This document shows positions 27,431 through 38,113 of a stretch of 64,000 nt of DNA, piece after piece; position 1 is the first letter of the stretch, and every line of letters starts with the position of its first letter. Below the pieces are notes generated by a model, which did not search any database, was not told the DNA's origin, and saw nothing but the letters and a program-made list of their open reading frames with translations. This stretch comes from a virus. The position numbers and the translations under genes were made by a program. The DNA lies in the IMG/VR virus record IMGVR_UViG_3300035070_003528, positions 1 to 64,000 of that record, one strand, 5' to 3'.

Positions 27431-30390
27431 GGCAATATAAAAAACAAACACCAGTTCGTGTAGCATTTTTAGGTGATGGCCGTGGGAACGCAGCTAGTAA
27501 TATGGTTCCGCCTGGAGAGCCCGACAAATACTGGGCTAGAGAAAGCATCGATGGCGACAAGCCGTTCAAGGTGATTAATCGCAGTCCAAATTTTACCCCA
27601 GCATTTAATTTACCCGTTCTACTTGGCTATCCAGAGGACGATCCAGACCAAGAACAGGTTATGGGTATTCACCGTGGATTGGTTCAATTTAGTATTGGCA
27701 ATGCTGGTTCGGCAATAAGTGGCACTGCCCCGCACCACACGAAGCATGAATGGGGCGGCGGTGACGAGGTGTATGTAGACCCTCGCATGTTCAAGCCTGG
27801 GTTAATCAAGCCGACTTCACCAGCCTCAATGTATGTCAAGGTACTGGCTTTTCAACACTATTATAATACATGGCAACGGTATGATGGTGGCACATCACCG
27901 AATCTAGCCCAATACGTTCCCGCATCAGATTATCGTTATGTGCTGCTTACGCTTGACCCAGACACTAATCAATTGTGCGTTCGCCCCGGTAGTGTCTTTA
28001 CGCCCGATCTGAGCATTGATAGCATTATTAGCAATCAGGCGACAAATACATTTCGGCACATACCTACCCCACCTGGAAATGAAATTCCACTTGGGGTCGC
28101 ATTGCTTGAGCCTGGTACGACAAAAATAGATTGGAACACCAATGGCGTAAATAACTTGCTTCCAATGCGAGTTCTGTTGAGTTCGCCAACGAGAGAAATA
28201 AACGAACGCCTCAGCTTGCTTGAATCGGCGACTGGAGTCAGTAGCTTACCATCAACAGGCGCAGCTAACTCTATTCAATCCGATTTATTACCAGCGCGTA
28301 TAGATGGCAACATTACGCGAATTGTACTTAACCGCAATAGTACATCAGCCGCATTGCCGACTCTTTTTGTCGGAGAGCTTGGTTTTGTAAATAATTCTCC
28401 AGTTCAACTCGTTCTTGGCACAGCAAGCGGCAATGCTGTATTTAGCTCTGGTGGTGGGGCATCAGTGCTAGATGACTTGGCAGACGTGCGCATCGAAGAC
28501 CTGCTTGGGAACCGGGCGTTTATGTTCGACAGCGGGGCAAACATTTGGACATCAACAAGCGTACTTACTGTTCCCGTTTTGTCTGGGATAGGCTATATAT
28601 TCAACGAGACACAGACGGGAATATATACAAAAAACGTACCGCTTATAGTTTACGATGGTGGATTTAATGAAATACTAACCGTAGGGTACGCTGGGGAGTC
28701 AGGCCAACTGGAATATAACCCAAGTCAGGCGGATAATAGATTTATCTTTTGGAATAGCAGCGGTATATCGGCCGAATTCGATTCTAATACAAATACGGCT
28801 CGTCTAGCGACAATCAATTCGCCGTCTGCAATCGATATACAATACGATAGCGACAAGGTGTTGTTAAATTCTCAATCAGGCACAATGGCTGAATTAGATG
28901 CTACAAACGATTTGTTTAGATTTGCCACGGAAAGTTCGCCAAGTGCATTAGCAATAAACTACGCAAATAATAACATTGCATTCGCGGTTGATAACGTTCG
29001 TTTTGAAACAACGAATGCCAGTTGTGCGTTGGGTATAAACTACGCAGAAGACTCTATTATTGTGGCAAGCGGCGTTAATTTATACAAATTTGGGACAAGT
29101 AATGTAGATGGCGACAGCTTTGTGTTTTTCGCTGGTGGTCATGGGTTTCATGTTGGTGGTTCTCCAACTCCATCAAGTATAGTCGAGAGATTAACTTTAC
29201 ATGAGGTTGATTTGCGTGGTTTGGTTATGTCATCCCGCTCTAGACAAAGTGGCGGGGGGGAATTATTTAGATTCGTAAAATACGGGCGCAACCCAAGTCT
29301 CCCAGTCGATACGTCCTATATGATAGAAACGGTGAATCAGATAGATCCAACAACAAGTAGCGAAGATGCCGAATGGACTATTCAAACACGTGTTGCTGGC
29401 ACAATGGGAAGCCGGTTGCGTATAGGCGTGTCCGAAACCGAGATAAATGGAGCAAGAGCAGACCACGATACCAAAATAGCAACAAGCGCAAATGCTAGTA
29501 TGTTTGTTGTGGACAGTGGACTGGGCGCAGTTCAAATTGGAACGTCTGCTGCTGGACAGATTGCTGATTTCAGAGACCATTTGATTGAATTTAATAAGAA
29601 TCAAAATGATATTGATACGGTTATTAGAACGTCTGGTAATGCCAGTATGTTTGTTGTGGATGCGGGAAATAATAGGATTGGGATTGGCACGGCAACGCCT
29701 GGTTTTGACTTAGAATTAAGAAAAGACACTAACGGACTAACTGCGTTTCAAATCACAAACAATACAGTCGGGACTGATTCGCTGGCGCAGTACAGGCTGG
29801 CGACCGGAAGCAGCGCCTATGCTATCGGCCTAGCTAGTTCTGCAATCTCTGGTGCGTTAGGAGATTATGCGGGGTACGGGTTTTTTGATGCGAATTCATT
29901 TATGACAGGATTGGCAATCGCAGCAACAGCAACAAACGGAGTAGTTGATATTAGAACGGGGGGAAGAAACCTTTCCAATAGAAAGGTAATTGTCGGCAAT
30001 GGAATTCAAGTTGGCACTCCAACGGGTGGTGACAAGGGCGTTGGGACAATCAACGTATCAGGAAATGTGTATAAGAACAACTCGCTGTACAACAATCCAG
30101 ATTACGCTTTTTTCAATTATTTTCACGGGCATAATGGGCCATTTTCAAACAACCCAGGAGCAAGAGAATATGCTGGGCTTTTGCCAATTGATCAATTAAA
30201 AGAGTATGTAAGCAAAACCTATCATTTGCCAGGGAGAAACGACAATGAGCCTATGGGGATTTTCGACATGGCTGACATCGCACAGCAATGGATAGAAGAA
30301 CTGTCTTTGTATATAATAGAATTAAATGATCGAGTAAGACATATGGAATCTTTATTATTAGATAAGGGTATAGTTATAAACAAAAGGTAA
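27385..30390 (+). CDS. tail fibre/receptor-binding protein with C-terminal chaperone-like coiled coil
   Basis: 1001 aa; RIGIGTATP repeats; C-terminal PDYAF...LPIDQLKEYV..HLPG...IEELSLYIIEL. Confidence 0.8.
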   Translation: MATIEEARSALANRLGQYKKQTPVRVAFLGDGRGNAASNMVPPGEPDKYWARESIDGDKPFKVINRSPNFTPAFNLPVLLGYPEDDPDQEQVMGIHRGLVQFSIGNAGSAISGTAPHHTKHEWGGGDEVYVDPRMFKPGLIKPTSPASMYVKVLAFQHYYNTWQRYDGGTSPNLAQYVPASDYRYVLLTLDPDTNQLCVRPGSVFTPDLSIDSIISNQATNTFRHIPTPPGNEIPLGVALLEPGTTKIDWNTNGVNNLLPMRVLLSSPTREINERLSLLESATGVSSLPSTGAANSIQSDLLPARIDGNITRIVLNRNSTSAALPTLFVGELGFVNNSPVQLVLGTASGNAVFSSGGGASVLDDLADVRIEDLLGNRAFMFDSGANIWTSTSVLTVPVLSGIGYIFNETQTGIYTKNVPLIVYDGGFNEILTVGYAGESGQLEYNPSQADNRFIFWNSSGISAEFDSNTNTARLATINSPSAIDIQYDSDKVLLNSQSGTMAELDATNDLFRFATESSPSALAINYANNNIAFAVDNVRFETTNASCALGINYAEDSIIVASGVNLYKFGTSNVDGDSFVFFAGGHGFHVGGSPTPSSIVERLTLHEVDLRGLVMSSRSRQSGGGELFRFVKYGRNPSLPVDTSYMIETVNQIDPTTSSEDAEWTIQTRVAGTMGSRLRIGVSETEINGARADHDTKIATSANASMFVVDSGLGAVQIGTSAAGQIADFRDHLIEFNKNQNDIDTVIRTSGNASMFVVDAGNNRIGIGTATPGFDLELRKDTNGLTAFQITNNTVGTDSLAQYRLATGSSAYAIGLASSAISGALGDYAGYGFFDANSFMTGLAIAATATNGVVDIRTGGRNLSNRKVIVGNGIQVGTPTGGDKGVGTINVSGNVYKNNSLYNNPDYAFFNYFHGHNGPFSNNPGAREYAGLLPIDQLKEYVSKTYHLPGRNDNEPMGIFDMADIAQQWIEELSLYIIELNDRVRHMESLLLDKGIVINKR
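29491..29660 (+). repeat. internal repeat in the tail fibre gene
   Basis: aatgctagtatgtttgttgtgga (29491) and aatgccagtatgtttgttgtgga (29638), both encoding NASMFVVD. Confidence 0.7.
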
Positions 30391-30397
30391 ACAACCA

Positions 30398-31018
30398 ATG
30401 AGTAATACAAGTTTGACAAATTACAGTCTACAATCGATACTTCCAAAAGATGTGTCTGGATACAAGTTCATGGCATGGGTGAGATCGGATGCGTCCGTTG
30501 CACCGTTTACGCTGCCACGAGGAATCGGTACGTCAGTCAATGATAGTGGTTATATGTTTAGCAGCTTAGGAGTTGGGGTACATTCTGGTCTATCACCCGT
30601 AAGAAGTCTAGACCCGCTAATGACATTGGGTGGTGTTTACATAGAGAACATCAATGCCGCAACACCGGCCTCTCCTGTAGCATCTGGGCAAGCTAAATTT
30701 ATCACCGCCACTGAATTGGGTGAAATTCATGCGATTCCAGCAGCGAAGACAGCCAGCCAGGTGAGTACATCAGCAAATGCGCTAAAAACAACCAGTGGTA
30801 TTCTTTACGCAATCCACTTAGCGGCAAGCAATGTAAATGTTGGCAGTGTATTCCAGGCTAGGGATTTTGATCGGGATATGTTTACAATAATCGCGCCACA
30901 AAGCAGTTTTACACACGAGGTAATAATTCCTAGTGGTGGCATCGCATTTGGAACATCGTTGCTACATGCGCAAACAATCAGTGGTGGTGCGGCTAGCATG
31001 ACATTTGTGTTTCGTTAA
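30398..31018 (+). CDS. putative virion structural protein
   Basis: Last gene of the tail operon; beta-rich; its stop overlaps the convergent KdsC-like stop (TTAA). Confidence 0.55.
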   Translation: MSNTSLTNYSLQSILPKDVSGYKFMAWVRSDASVAPFTLPRGIGTSVNDSGYMFSSLGVGVHSGLSPVRSLDPLMTLGGVYIENINAATPASPVASGQAKFITATELGEIHAIPAAKTASQVSTSANALKTTSGILYAIHLAASNVNVGSVFQARDFDRDMFTIIAPQSSFTHEVIIPSGGIAFGTSLLHAQTISGGAASMTFVFR

Positions 31019-31515
31019 GTTATTACAAGTTCTGGGAATAGTTCTTGTATCCAAGGTTGTGTTAGAATTATATTAATCGCCTCTCTAACACAACCTTCTC
31101 CACCTTTTTTAGCCAGCACAATAATACCGTCAATTGATTTTACTTCATCTTCGGCATCGGCAGGGCAGAAGGCTAGTGTAGCATTTTGTAGTAGTTCCAA
31201 ATCTGGTACGTCATCAGAAATGGCAATATACTTTGTGGGGTGTTCATGAATAAACTTCGCCTCGACCAACCATGCTATTTCTGCATATTTATTACCAACT
31301 CCCAATGAGCAAGTTATTTGCAGTTTATTTGCGCGATGTTTAATTGATTGATCGTTTTCTCCAGACATGATAAATGGGACAATATTAGTTCTTTCTTTTA
31401 GTAATTGGAATCCATGCCCATCCCTCACAGAGAACCATCTTTCTTTGTTGGGATAAGATACCGTTCCGTCCGTCATCACCCCGTCCGCGTCAACTATCAT
31501 TGGAATCGTCATCAT
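31015..31515 (-). CDS. kdsC: KdsC/KDN-9-phosphate phosphatase-like HAD enzyme
   Basis: DADGVMTDG, F.VRDGHG, K, SDDVPD, PADA, GGEGCVRE. Confidence 0.85.
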   Translation of the reverse strand: MMTIPMIVDADGVMTDGTVSYPNKERWFSVRDGHGFQLLKERTNIVPFIMSGENDQSIKHRANKLQITCSLGVGNKYAEIAWLVEAKFIHEHPTKYIAISDDVPDLELLQNATLAFCPADAEDEVKSIDGIIVLAKKGGEGCVREAINIILTQPWIQELFPELVIT

Positions 31516-31690
31516 CGTTCTCCCAAATCTGCTCAAATTCATCGAATCTGCACAGTTCTATTTTTTCTTCACCGTAATGAATACCCTTGAAATACGCAAA
31601 TAAACTGTGCGGAGATGATTCCCCGACCTTTTTCACTTCGGTTCCTTCATCAAAAAAAGTATGCGGCCGTGCGATATAAATTACTGTCAT
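31490..31690 (-). CDS. hypothetical protein
   Basis: Coupled small ORF (FFDEGTEV...ELCRFDEF). Confidence 0.55.
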   Translation of the reverse strand: MTVIYIARPHTFFDEGTEVKKVGESSPHSLFAYFKGIHYGEEKIELCRFDEFEQIWENDDDDSNDS

Positions 31691-32506
31691 TTATCCTCTC
31701 AGTTTTTCACGTACTGGAATCTCACTCGGATAAACTCGCTTAACTCCATCACCAAAGATGACTGGAATCTTATTCCGTTCTCGCGCAATTAATTCCAATC
31801 CCTTTTGCTCTAACGATGCCGCCTGATCTGTTCCAGGTAACGACCGATCTAACGTAGCGTGTGCTTCAATACCCCATGCGCCCATTGCTATTCCATATAT
31901 ACTGGACATAGGACTCGATGAGTGATTCGAGTAACCGACTGGTAATGAATATCGTTGTCTTAGTGTATTAATTACATTAAGGTTAATTTCGTTATCAGCA
32001 ACAGGATAGCTGCTCGTGCAGTGCATTAGAATAAGATTATATCCATTTGGAAACAACTTTACAGCATGATCGATTTCTTCAATGGTTGACATGCCAGTTG
32101 ATAAGATAATTGGAATACCCGTATCAATCGATGCGTTCAGCAGCGCATCATTTACTAGCAATGCACTAGGGATTTTAATGAACGGGGGATGGTATTTCGC
32201 TAATTTCTCTAGACTAGGAATATCCCACACAGAAGCGAATGCTTGTCCAGCGTATTGCTTCATCCATAGATTTAGCTGGTCGTCATTGATTTCAATTCGC
32301 TCTTTATATTCGATGTATGTCATTGGCGTACCGTCGAACCATTCTCGTGGTTTATTCCATTGATCTTTTGGCACACATAGTCGCGGGGTGCGAAGCTGTA
32401 TTTTAACGTAGTCAAAATTTGCATCTAATGACATATTAGATAGTTTGATTAAATTCTTAAAACTGCCGTTGTGATTCAAACCCAATTCAGAAATCAACTT
32501 AGTCAT
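31691..32506 (-). CDS. neuB: NeuB-family nonulosonate synthase lacking the C-terminal SAF domain (KDN-9-P synthase-like)
   Basis: ISELGLNHNGS, VKIQ, SVWD, KIPSA, LSTGMST, HCTSSYP, GYSNH, EAH.TLDR..PGTDQ.ASLE. Confidence 0.9.
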   Translation of the reverse strand: MTKLISELGLNHNGSFKNLIKLSNMSLDANFDYVKIQLRTPRLCVPKDQWNKPREWFDGTPMTYIEYKERIEINDDQLNLWMKQYAGQAFASVWDIPSLEKLAKYHPPFIKIPSALLVNDALLNASIDTGIPIILSTGMSTIEEIDHAVKLFPNGYNLILMHCTSSYPVADNEINLNVINTLRQRYSLPVGYSNHSSSPMSSIYGIAMGAWGIEAHATLDRSLPGTDQAASLEQKGLELIARERNKIPVIFGDGVKRVYPSEIPVREKLRG

Positions 32507-33195
32507 TTTATCACCTTTGCTCTAAATTCAACACGGCCGTCATCCATATCCAAATAAGCCGCCTCGTACCCCTCGTAAGAACATGCTTTGATTAACTCAA
32601 GTACCAACATCGCAGAATATGCAGTTCGCTCATCGTCTTTAAACATTTCGTTCAGCGTTGTACCAAGATCGTGCGCCCCACGAAATTCTTTCAACGTATG
32701 AACAACGTCAATGTTTTGCTCAATATCAATGGGTGTAAAATCGCCCTCTGAGATGAGTTCTGCAACATTGTGTAGGAAAGTAGGCAATTCGTCGAAAAGT
32801 CTCTGTTGTAGTGTTTCCGCGGTGTCAGATAGGCGCACAGGAACAGGATGTTGGAGATAAATATCACCACGATCTATTTTGGCCGTCATGCGGTGAGCCG
32901 TCCAGCCACTTCCTTCGCCAGTTAGAACAGCCCAGAAGTTAGGGAAACTACCACGATGGTGCGGTAATAAACTTGGGTGAATATTTATTGTGCCAAGTCT
33001 TGGAATATCAAATTCGTTGTTTTTAATAATACGATTGTAGAGCAGGGAGACAACCAAATCATATGAAGGATTTACAAGACTATGATCCTCTAGATATTGA
33101 ATATCATGTCCCATTTCTCTTAATTCCTGCAAAAACGCTGCTCGTATAGCCGAGTATTTCTTTTGAGTTAATATTCCTATTTTCATTCTACCCAC
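32503..33195 (-). CDS. sugar N-formyltransferase (PseJ-like)
   Basis: INIHPSLLPHHRG, G.TAH.M...IDRGDI; located inside the nonulosonate cluster. Confidence 0.85.
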   Translation of the reverse strand: MGRMKIGILTQKKYSAIRAAFLQELREMGHDIQYLEDHSLVNPSYDLVVSLLYNRIIKNNEFDIPRLGTINIHPSLLPHHRGSFPNFWAVLTGEGSGWTAHRMTAKIDRGDIYLQHPVPVRLSDTAETLQQRLFDELPTFLHNVAELISEGDFTPIDIEQNIDVVHTLKEFRGAHDLGTTLNEMFKDDERTAYSAMLVLELIKACSYEGYEAAYLDMDDGRVEFRAKVIK

Positions 33196-33428
33196 AATTT
33201 TCCCTGTTTCATGATAACAACACCACTCCCACCAGATGTAATCGTTGCAATAGATCCATCATCATAATATGTTTGAGTATCAGACATCCATTCTTTGCAG
33301 TTTGGGCAAATATCTATAGCAATTTCTCTTTTGTAAATTTCGTACCACACTTTTTTGCTTTCTCGTTCATTAAACATAAATGTATGGCAACATTTTCTAC
33401 AGGTTATTTTATAATTGAAGTCGATCAT
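33183..33428 (-). CDS. small Zn-ribbon protein
   Basis: CRKC...CPNC. Confidence 0.55.
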   Translation of the reverse strand: MIDFNYKITCRKCCHTFMFNERESKKVWYEIYKREIAIDICPNCKEWMSDTQTYYDDGSIATITSGGSGVVIMKQGKLWVE

Positions 33429-34282
33429 CGCACTACCGGCCGTAGCCAGTCCTCGTCGCTTCGTCGATAATTATCTCTACAGAATTGTTCGCCCGTTGTG
33501 AATCCATCCTGATACCCGCCACGAGCTAGACGAAAACGCTCTGCCCATGTAACCATTTCTCTAAATTGAGATGGGGATAAACTATGTTCGGCCTCGTTGC
33601 CAAGTTTATCGAAAAGGTCGAAATGAGCCTCGATGGTTGTTGCGCCTAATAAAACTGAACTTGCGTTCAAAACCGGGTCTACGAAATGGCTACTCAGTCC
33701 ATAATCAATGAACCCAGTTCCATCCATATCGTACGTAAACTCGCTCACAATTTCCAGCATCCGTCGCATATTAAACTCTTTTAATTGAATTGGATAGCCT
33801 GGATGACAGTGCAAAATGGTGATGTCGTCAGGGAAATCGTCACCAGGACGTAGCAATGTGATCGCTGTTTCGATTTCTTCAATTGTCGCCGCCCCAGTTG
33901 ACAGAATAACCGGTTTCCCGTTTTGCGCCAGTTTGTTTAGTAACGGAATATAGGTAATGTCCCAACTAGCCACTTTCCACTCGTTAACAAATTCATCGAG
34001 AACATCAACGGCATCAACATCGAATGGCGTACACAGAAATTCGATATGATTGGTACGGCATTCAGCAGCGAGTTGTGGTAGCCATTCTCGCGGTAGAGCA
34101 ACGGCATTCAGCGACTTTTGTACATTTGGATTACTGTGTAATGTATCGCCTGTAAATAGTTGGAATTTAGCATGTGTTGCTCCAGCCGCAGCAGCTTCTT
34201 CGATCAAAGCCAGTGCTCGGTTAAGTGAACGGCCGTCCTTTTTTGTAACATAATTAGAGCCGATTTCAGCGATAAATTTCAT
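33425..34282 (-). CDS. pseI: second NeuB-family synthase (PseI/LegI/SpsE-like)
   Basis: FIAEIGSN, KFQ, TPFD, KVAS.DI, PVILSTG, LHC..YP, EAHF; adjacent to the PseG-like gene. Confidence 0.8.
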   Translation of the reverse strand: MKFIAEIGSNYVTKKDGRSLNRALALIEEAAAAGATHAKFQLFTGDTLHSNPNVQKSLNAVALPREWLPQLAAECRTNHIEFLCTPFDVDAVDVLDEFVNEWKVASWDITYIPLLNKLAQNGKPVILSTGAATIEEIETAITLLRPGDDFPDDITILHCHPGYPIQLKEFNMRRMLEIVSEFTYDMDGTGFIDYGLSSHFVDPVLNASSVLLGATTIEAHFDLFDKLGNEAEHSLSPSQFREMVTWAERFRLARGGYQDGFTTGEQFCRDNYRRSDEDWLRPVVR

Positions 34283-35078
34283 TGTATACCTTTTGTATCA
34301 TCTCAAGCATGTGAGAAGTATTTTGTTTCTGCATATTACTCGCCTGTCTGGCTACCATAGATAGCGTGAAGGTATCTGTCAATACATCTGGGTTAATACC
34401 TTGTGGCATAGCAAGTTTTTGGTAAATAAAATAACTGTAGTTAACCATTTGATTTGGTGCTGTTAGTATCAAGACGGTTGGTGCGCCCTGGTAAACCATT
34501 TCTTTTGCAGTCACACCAGCGGCTGTAATTACACACCGGGCGTTACGAGAATCTTGCATAAGTAAATTATGAGGAACGTCATTTGTCACCACAAAGTCAA
34601 TTCCGTGTTCTTCGCAGTAGTCCATGTAAGGCTGTGCGTTCTTCCAGTAATCAATGTAATTACTGCCGGGGATAAACATCACTGTTTCGCCGCCAATCCA
34701 ACTGTTTTCCTGCACGTCTTTACTAACGGCGTAGAACATTGCATTGCCGTATGATGTGGCTTCCCAACTAAAATCCTCTGCACCACCAGATACATAAACA
34801 ACTAAGTCAACGCCAGTTCCTTCATACTGAACACCAAATTCATCAGAAAGTAGTACGCTAAATACATCTGCGTCAAGTAGGTGTTCGTATTGCTGATTAC
34901 CTGGGTCAATGATAATAATATCGCCATGAATATAATTTGGCTTAGTATCACCCAATGACATTATTGTATATTCGTTATCAATATATTGGGAAATAGCATT
35001 AATGCGAGAACGATTACCATTGACAGGAATTAATTCTCCGTTCAATTCAACGTGCGTGGCATAAGCAAGATATATCAT
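34266..35078 (-). CDS. pseG: PseG/SpsG-like UDP-sugar hydrolase (GT-B fold)
   Basis: GNRSR N-terminal motif (GH..R-like), VITAAGVTAKE...GAPT.....APNQ; lies between the PseF-like and PseI-like genes. Confidence 0.6.
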   Translation of the reverse strand: MIYLAYATHVELNGELIPVNGNRSRINAISQYIDNEYTIMSLGDTKPNYIHGDIIIIDPGNQQYEHLLDADVFSVLLSDEFGVQYEGTGVDLVVYVSGGAEDFSWEATSYGNAMFYAVSKDVQENSWIGGETVMFIPGSNYIDYWKNAQPYMDYCEEHGIDFVVTNDVPHNLLMQDSRNARCVITAAGVTAKEMVYQGAPTVLILTAPNQMVNYSYFIYQKLAMPQGINPDVLTDTFTLSMVARQASNMQKQNTSHMLEMIQKVYNEIYR

Positions 35079-35785
35079 AAGTAATTCAGCAACTCCGCAG
35101 CGTGAATAAAATCATCAGGCGTGTCAATATCAACTGATTTCCGTTTGTCCATTTGGAAAAACTGGTAAGGAGGATAGCGGTAAGTGCGATACAAGCTAAA
35201 TTGATTAGCATTAGTAATGTAAATTGCGCCATTTTCGATAACCGGCCATTCTTCTAGCCATTGTTTACCCAATCTGAAACGGGGATCGTGGTTCAATGGC
35301 TTTGCTTCGCTCATCCCATTTATTGACCACACGAACGAATCCACTTGGTATCCAGAGAACAAACATCCTGTTCTGTCGCTTGCGTACCATTGGTTAATTG
35401 CGTTATCAATATCTTCCGCTGTGCGCAAGGGACTTGTAGGCGCGAGAAGAACAAGGTAGTCTGGTGCAACAAGTTCGCTTTTGTGCTGCAAGGTTCGCAA
35501 CATATCAAGAAAGACCTCATCAGTTTGCGTAAAGTCCTGCGAGAGTTTTGGGTCTCTATTTAATACATCGAAACGCATTCCCGACTTATCGATTTGGAAC
35601 GCAATATCATTTGCCATCACAGCAAGTTCTTCGTCCTCTGTGCTAAAGTAGACTTTATCAACGCTACTTTCTAACGCCGCTTTGATAGTCCAATAAATCA
35701 GCGGGTGTCCCTTGATTAGTTTTGCGTTTTTGCGCGGAACTCTCTTGCTATTTCCTCGTGCTGGAATGAATGCGTAAATTGTCAT
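35075..35785 (-). CDS. pseF: CMP-nonulosonic acid synthetase (NeuA/PseF family)
   Basis: IPARGNSKRVPRKN, STED, PTSPLR, ENGAIY, DIDTPDDF. Confidence 0.92.
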   Translation of the reverse strand: MTIYAFIPARGNSKRVPRKNAKLIKGHPLIYWTIKAALESSVDKVYFSTEDEELAVMANDIAFQIDKSGMRFDVLNRDPKLSQDFTQTDEVFLDMLRTLQHKSELVAPDYLVLLAPTSPLRTAEDIDNAINQWYASDRTGCLFSGYQVDSFVWSINGMSEAKPLNHDPRFRLGKQWLEEWPVIENGAIYITNANQFSLYRTYRYPPYQFFQMDKRKSVDIDTPDDFIHAAELLNYL

Positions 35786-36666
35786 ACCGCCTCCTTTTGT
35801 TTATATTTGCACCAATCTAGGTAGTCTTGTTTCGTACATGATACATGATAGCCACCCATGAATCTAACGTGAAAATCATAATGGCATTCATGACAAAGCA
35901 CAATCCCGTTATCCTTTTTATACCTCATTTCTAGATAATCGCTATAATTGAACAGGTGGTGCGCAACTGTTTTGTGCCCAGAGCCACAAACCGCACAATT
36001 GTATCCGTATTTTTTTCGTACCCCTCTTCGCCAGATTAAGTACCTTTCGTCGTCTTCTCTCTTTGCCTCTCTTTCTTCATCTGTTAAATTAGGATTGTAT
36101 CTTGGATTCGTTTCTCCAGTTAACCTTTCAATAAGATCCTCCGTTCTTTTGCATCCACAGCTTTCTTGCCCAGTTCTTAACGCGTTGCCGGAGACAATTA
36201 TTTCTTTTCCGCAATCACACACGCATCGTCTGTATTGATACTTTCCTCCCAAGTACTCTTTAACAACGAGCCTGCCATATCGCTCTCCCGTCATGTCTAT
36301 GTATCGGGAATGGGTTTCTCCAATCTTTAAGCACCCGCAACTTTTTGTTTTAAAAATCAATTGGTTTGTAGAGACTTTTGTTACCTCGCCACAATCGCAT
36401 ACACAAAGCCACTTTTTATCATCAACCAAATACTTCAAAACATAAAGCTTGTCAAATCTCATTCCCCTTAAATCCCTTACCATACTACACGACTTGCAGT
36501 ACGTGGAGCGGATTTTTTCTAGATTTAAATATGAAACAATTCTGGTTTTTAAACACAGAGGGCATGAGACATAAACATTTTTACCTGATTTTCTGTTTTC
36601 CATTGAATCCGGATCCAGAAATATGAAAACTGGATCTGATTTCGTCATCGTCAATATATCATTCAT
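35782..36666 (-). mobile_element. free-standing HNH homing endonuclease inserted in the sugar operon
   Basis: CVCDCG repeats, CAVCG...AHHL...NGIVLCHECH; overlaps both neighbouring genes. Confidence 0.85.
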
Positions 36667-37684
36667 AAGCACACACTCCGCTATTTATTGTATCAACGAT
36701 GTACTGGCATTCATCATCACTTAACGAATTATGGATAGGTATGCTAAGGCTGTGATTATAGTGGTGTTCTGCGATTGGACAATTTGCGTATAAGTGACTA
36801 TACAATGGTTGCATGTGTACTGGCTTGTAGTGAATTTGTGTTCTTATCTGATTTTGCAACAGATAGTCTTTGACAAAATCTCTTTGCTCTTTTGTTTTGA
36901 ATGTAATTGGAAACAAGTGCAAAGAATGGTTTTTATGATAAGGCGGGAGTTTCACCAAATGATCTAATTCTGCCCGATAGAATTGAGCAATTGTGTGCCG
37001 TCTGTTATGATCTGTATCCCACCTATCAAGTTGAGATAGTAATAGAGCCGCCTGGATGTCTGTCATTCTGTAATTCGCCCCAACAAAAGAAGCATCCCCA
37101 TCACTATTTCTTCCATGATTGCGGTACTCACGAGCAAATTCTACAAACTCCTTATTGTTAGTCAGGATAGTGCCTCCTTCTCCAGAATTCCCCAAGGTCT
37201 TTACGGCATGGTGCGAGGTTATTCTACATTGATAGTCACCAAACTCATTCATGTGCTCATGAAAAAAATGAGCGTCGTCAGCTATTAATCCACTACCAAC
37301 AACCGGATAACCACACAAGGAGACGGATAGATCGTATGTCTGGGTTGTCAATAATTTGTCATCTGCATCGGCAAGCTTGATTGGGATTCCTAGTCTGGTA
37401 ACAGAATTCGCGGTAGCCACAAATGTTAATGTGGGTACTGATACCCATTTTGGCTTTTCCATCTGATTAAAAAACCACTCAGCGGCAATGTACAAACCGG
37501 CAGTAGCATTAGATACAGCAACAGCAAAGCGATAGCCAGTAAATTCAGCTATCGCTTTTTCATATTTTTCTATTGTTGGGCCAGATGTAAGCCAATTACT
37601 TCTCAGGACTTTTTCGACTGCGCTTACGTCTTGATCCGTTATCGTCGGCTGTGCGTAATGAATCGGTAATGTCGGTGTCGTCAA
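36659..37684 (-). CDS. pseC: DegT/DnrJ/PseC-family PLP sugar aminotransferase
   Basis: LTSGP, AVSNATAGL, TFVATAN, DDAH, SHHAVK..GEGG, NYRMTDIQAA, IHYKP. TTG start at 37684 after GAGG. Confidence 0.9.
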   Translation of the reverse strand: MTTPTLPIHYAQPTITDQDVSAVEKVLRSNWLTSGPTIEKYEKAIAEFTGYRFAVAVSNATAGLYIAAEWFFNQMEKPKWVSVPTLTFVATANSVTRLGIPIKLADADDKLLTTQTYDLSVSLCGYPVVGSGLIADDAHFFHEHMNEFGDYQCRITSHHAVKTLGNSGEGGTILTNNKEFVEFAREYRNHGRNSDGDASFVGANYRMTDIQAALLLSQLDRWDTDHNRRHTIAQFYRAELDHLVKLPPYHKNHSLHLFPITFKTKEQRDFVKDYLLQNQIRTQIHYKPVHMQPLYSHLYANCPIAEHHYNHSLSIPIHNSLSDDECQYIVDTINSGVCAYE

Positions 37685-37829
37685 TTTCTTCCTCGTGTTC
37701 AACAATGGTATAAACTATTCCTTTTTCGTCGTATTCGCACCTCCGGGTGTGAAGTATGGCTTGTTCGTAACTCCACCCTAATCCAATGCCATCTTCGTGA
37801 CTATCTAATTTTACTGTGTAAGTTGTCAT
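37596..37829 (-). CDS. hypothetical protein
   Basis: ORF with RBS between the GroES and PseC genes. Confidence 0.45.
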   Translation of the reverse strand: MTTYTVKLDSHEDGIGLGWSYEQAILHTRRCEYDEKGIVYTIVEHEEEIDDTDITDSLRTADDNGSRRKRSRKSPEK

Positions 37830-37843
37830 AATTCTATAGTTCC

Positions 37844-38113
37844 TTAGTCCTGAGTTTTGTATGCTTGTATATCAGAAACGTCTAACACGTGCAAGGTTTG
37901 CCCGTCTACTTCTAAAGAAAGAGCATCAGAGGCGTTGTAATAAATCACAGTGCCTATTGTAATAGCTATATCTCCCAAATCGACGACTTCCCCACTAATG
38001 AGATACCCATGCTTCGTTGAGTTAACCATTACAATACCAGAGTCTAATTCTTTTTCAAATGATTTGTCGGGCTTAATTAAAACCCGATCTCCATAAGCGA
38101 AAATTGTTGCCAT
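37844..38113 (-). CDS. groES: GroES/cpn10 co-chaperonin
   Basis: GDRVLIKP...SGIV...GEVVDLG...DIQA; 89 aa. Confidence 0.85.
   Translation of the reverse strand: MATIFAYGDRVLIKPDKSFEKELDSGIVMVNSTKHGYLISGEVVDLGDIAITIGTVIYYNASDALSLEVDGQTLHVLDVSDIQAYKTQD

Noticed and set aside
27385-30390. Diversity-generating retroelement target in the tail fibre
   Set aside because: No reverse transcriptase and no adenine-specific TR/VR pair seen; the internal repeat is an ordinary structural repeat.
32503-33195. Methionyl-tRNA formyltransferase (fmt) or purN
   Set aside because: Short, lacks the Fmt C-terminal domain, and sits between two NeuB genes in a cluster lacking PseH; a sugar N-formyltransferase fits better.
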